From NCBI GenBank assembly GCA_043228905.1, contig JBHGNT010000021.1, positions 2,604,001 through 2,668,000 on the forward strand: DNA of 64,000 nt, written 5' to 3'. Of this stretch, positions 63,781 through 64,000 are shown piece after piece (the first letter of the stretch is position 1; every line of letters begins with the position of its first letter). The position numbers and the translations under genes are program-made. Under the pieces are notes generated by a model. The model ran no database searches and had not been told where the DNA came from. It saw only the letters and a list, made by a program, of their open reading frames with translations. Source of the stretch: Azolla caroliniana (Eukaryota; Plantae; Polypodiophyta).

Positions 63781-64000
63781 ACCCTGTCCCCCGAGGCTAA
63801 CCGTGTCTTAGCGGAAGAAATCGAACGCCTACGACATACCTCCTTCGTATGTAGGTTTCTGGCAGGTAGACCAAGTCGGGGCATGTTTCAGGTGGCTGTG
63901 TTGGAGAACATGCCGGTAATCAAGAGTGTCAGGGGTTTAGGGAAAAACTTCTTCCACATTGAATTAGGTAATGACTCGCTGGCGCAACCATTGGTCGAGC
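63781..64000 (+). mobile_element. Probable L1 LINE ORF1 (DUF4283-like) fragment running off the window
   Basis: Open frame TLSPEANRVLAEEIERLRHTSFVCRFLAGRPSRG...VRGLGKNFFHIEL resembles plant L1 ORF1. GC rises abruptly at ~63780. Confidence 0.5.

Overview
This is AT-rich eukaryotic nuclear DNA from a land plant; the gene and TE families suggest a non-seed plant such as a fern (inference). Six host genes can be read with GT-AG exon structures: a PM-ANT1-type ADP/ATP carrier (56-3828), AP-4 mu-adaptin (11552-20619, 13 coding exons), a divergent SWEET transporter (~26814-30831), mitochondrial pyruvate carrier 1 (38757-45805), intronless UTP18 (49044-50711) and a SAUR (51811-52260, minus). Mobile DNA includes a 3'-truncated Ty1/copia element, several LINE remnants, a MITE-like foldback, and a full-length GC-rich Ty3/gypsy element (52964-59983, minus). 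The gypsy element has a 4-bp CCGG target-site duplication and a tRNA-Trp primer site, and is nested in a solo LTR of another family. Most notable: this element seems to place protease in the gag ORF and reach RT by a -1 ribosomal frameshift at G_GAU_UUU_UAG followed by a bulged stem-loop, a signal like that of dianthoviruses. Also notable: the SWEET 5' half is riddled with frame-preserving insertions beside a decayed duplicate of its own exon, and a (TGTCTC)3 auxin-element array plus an LTR promoter lie upstream of the SAUR.
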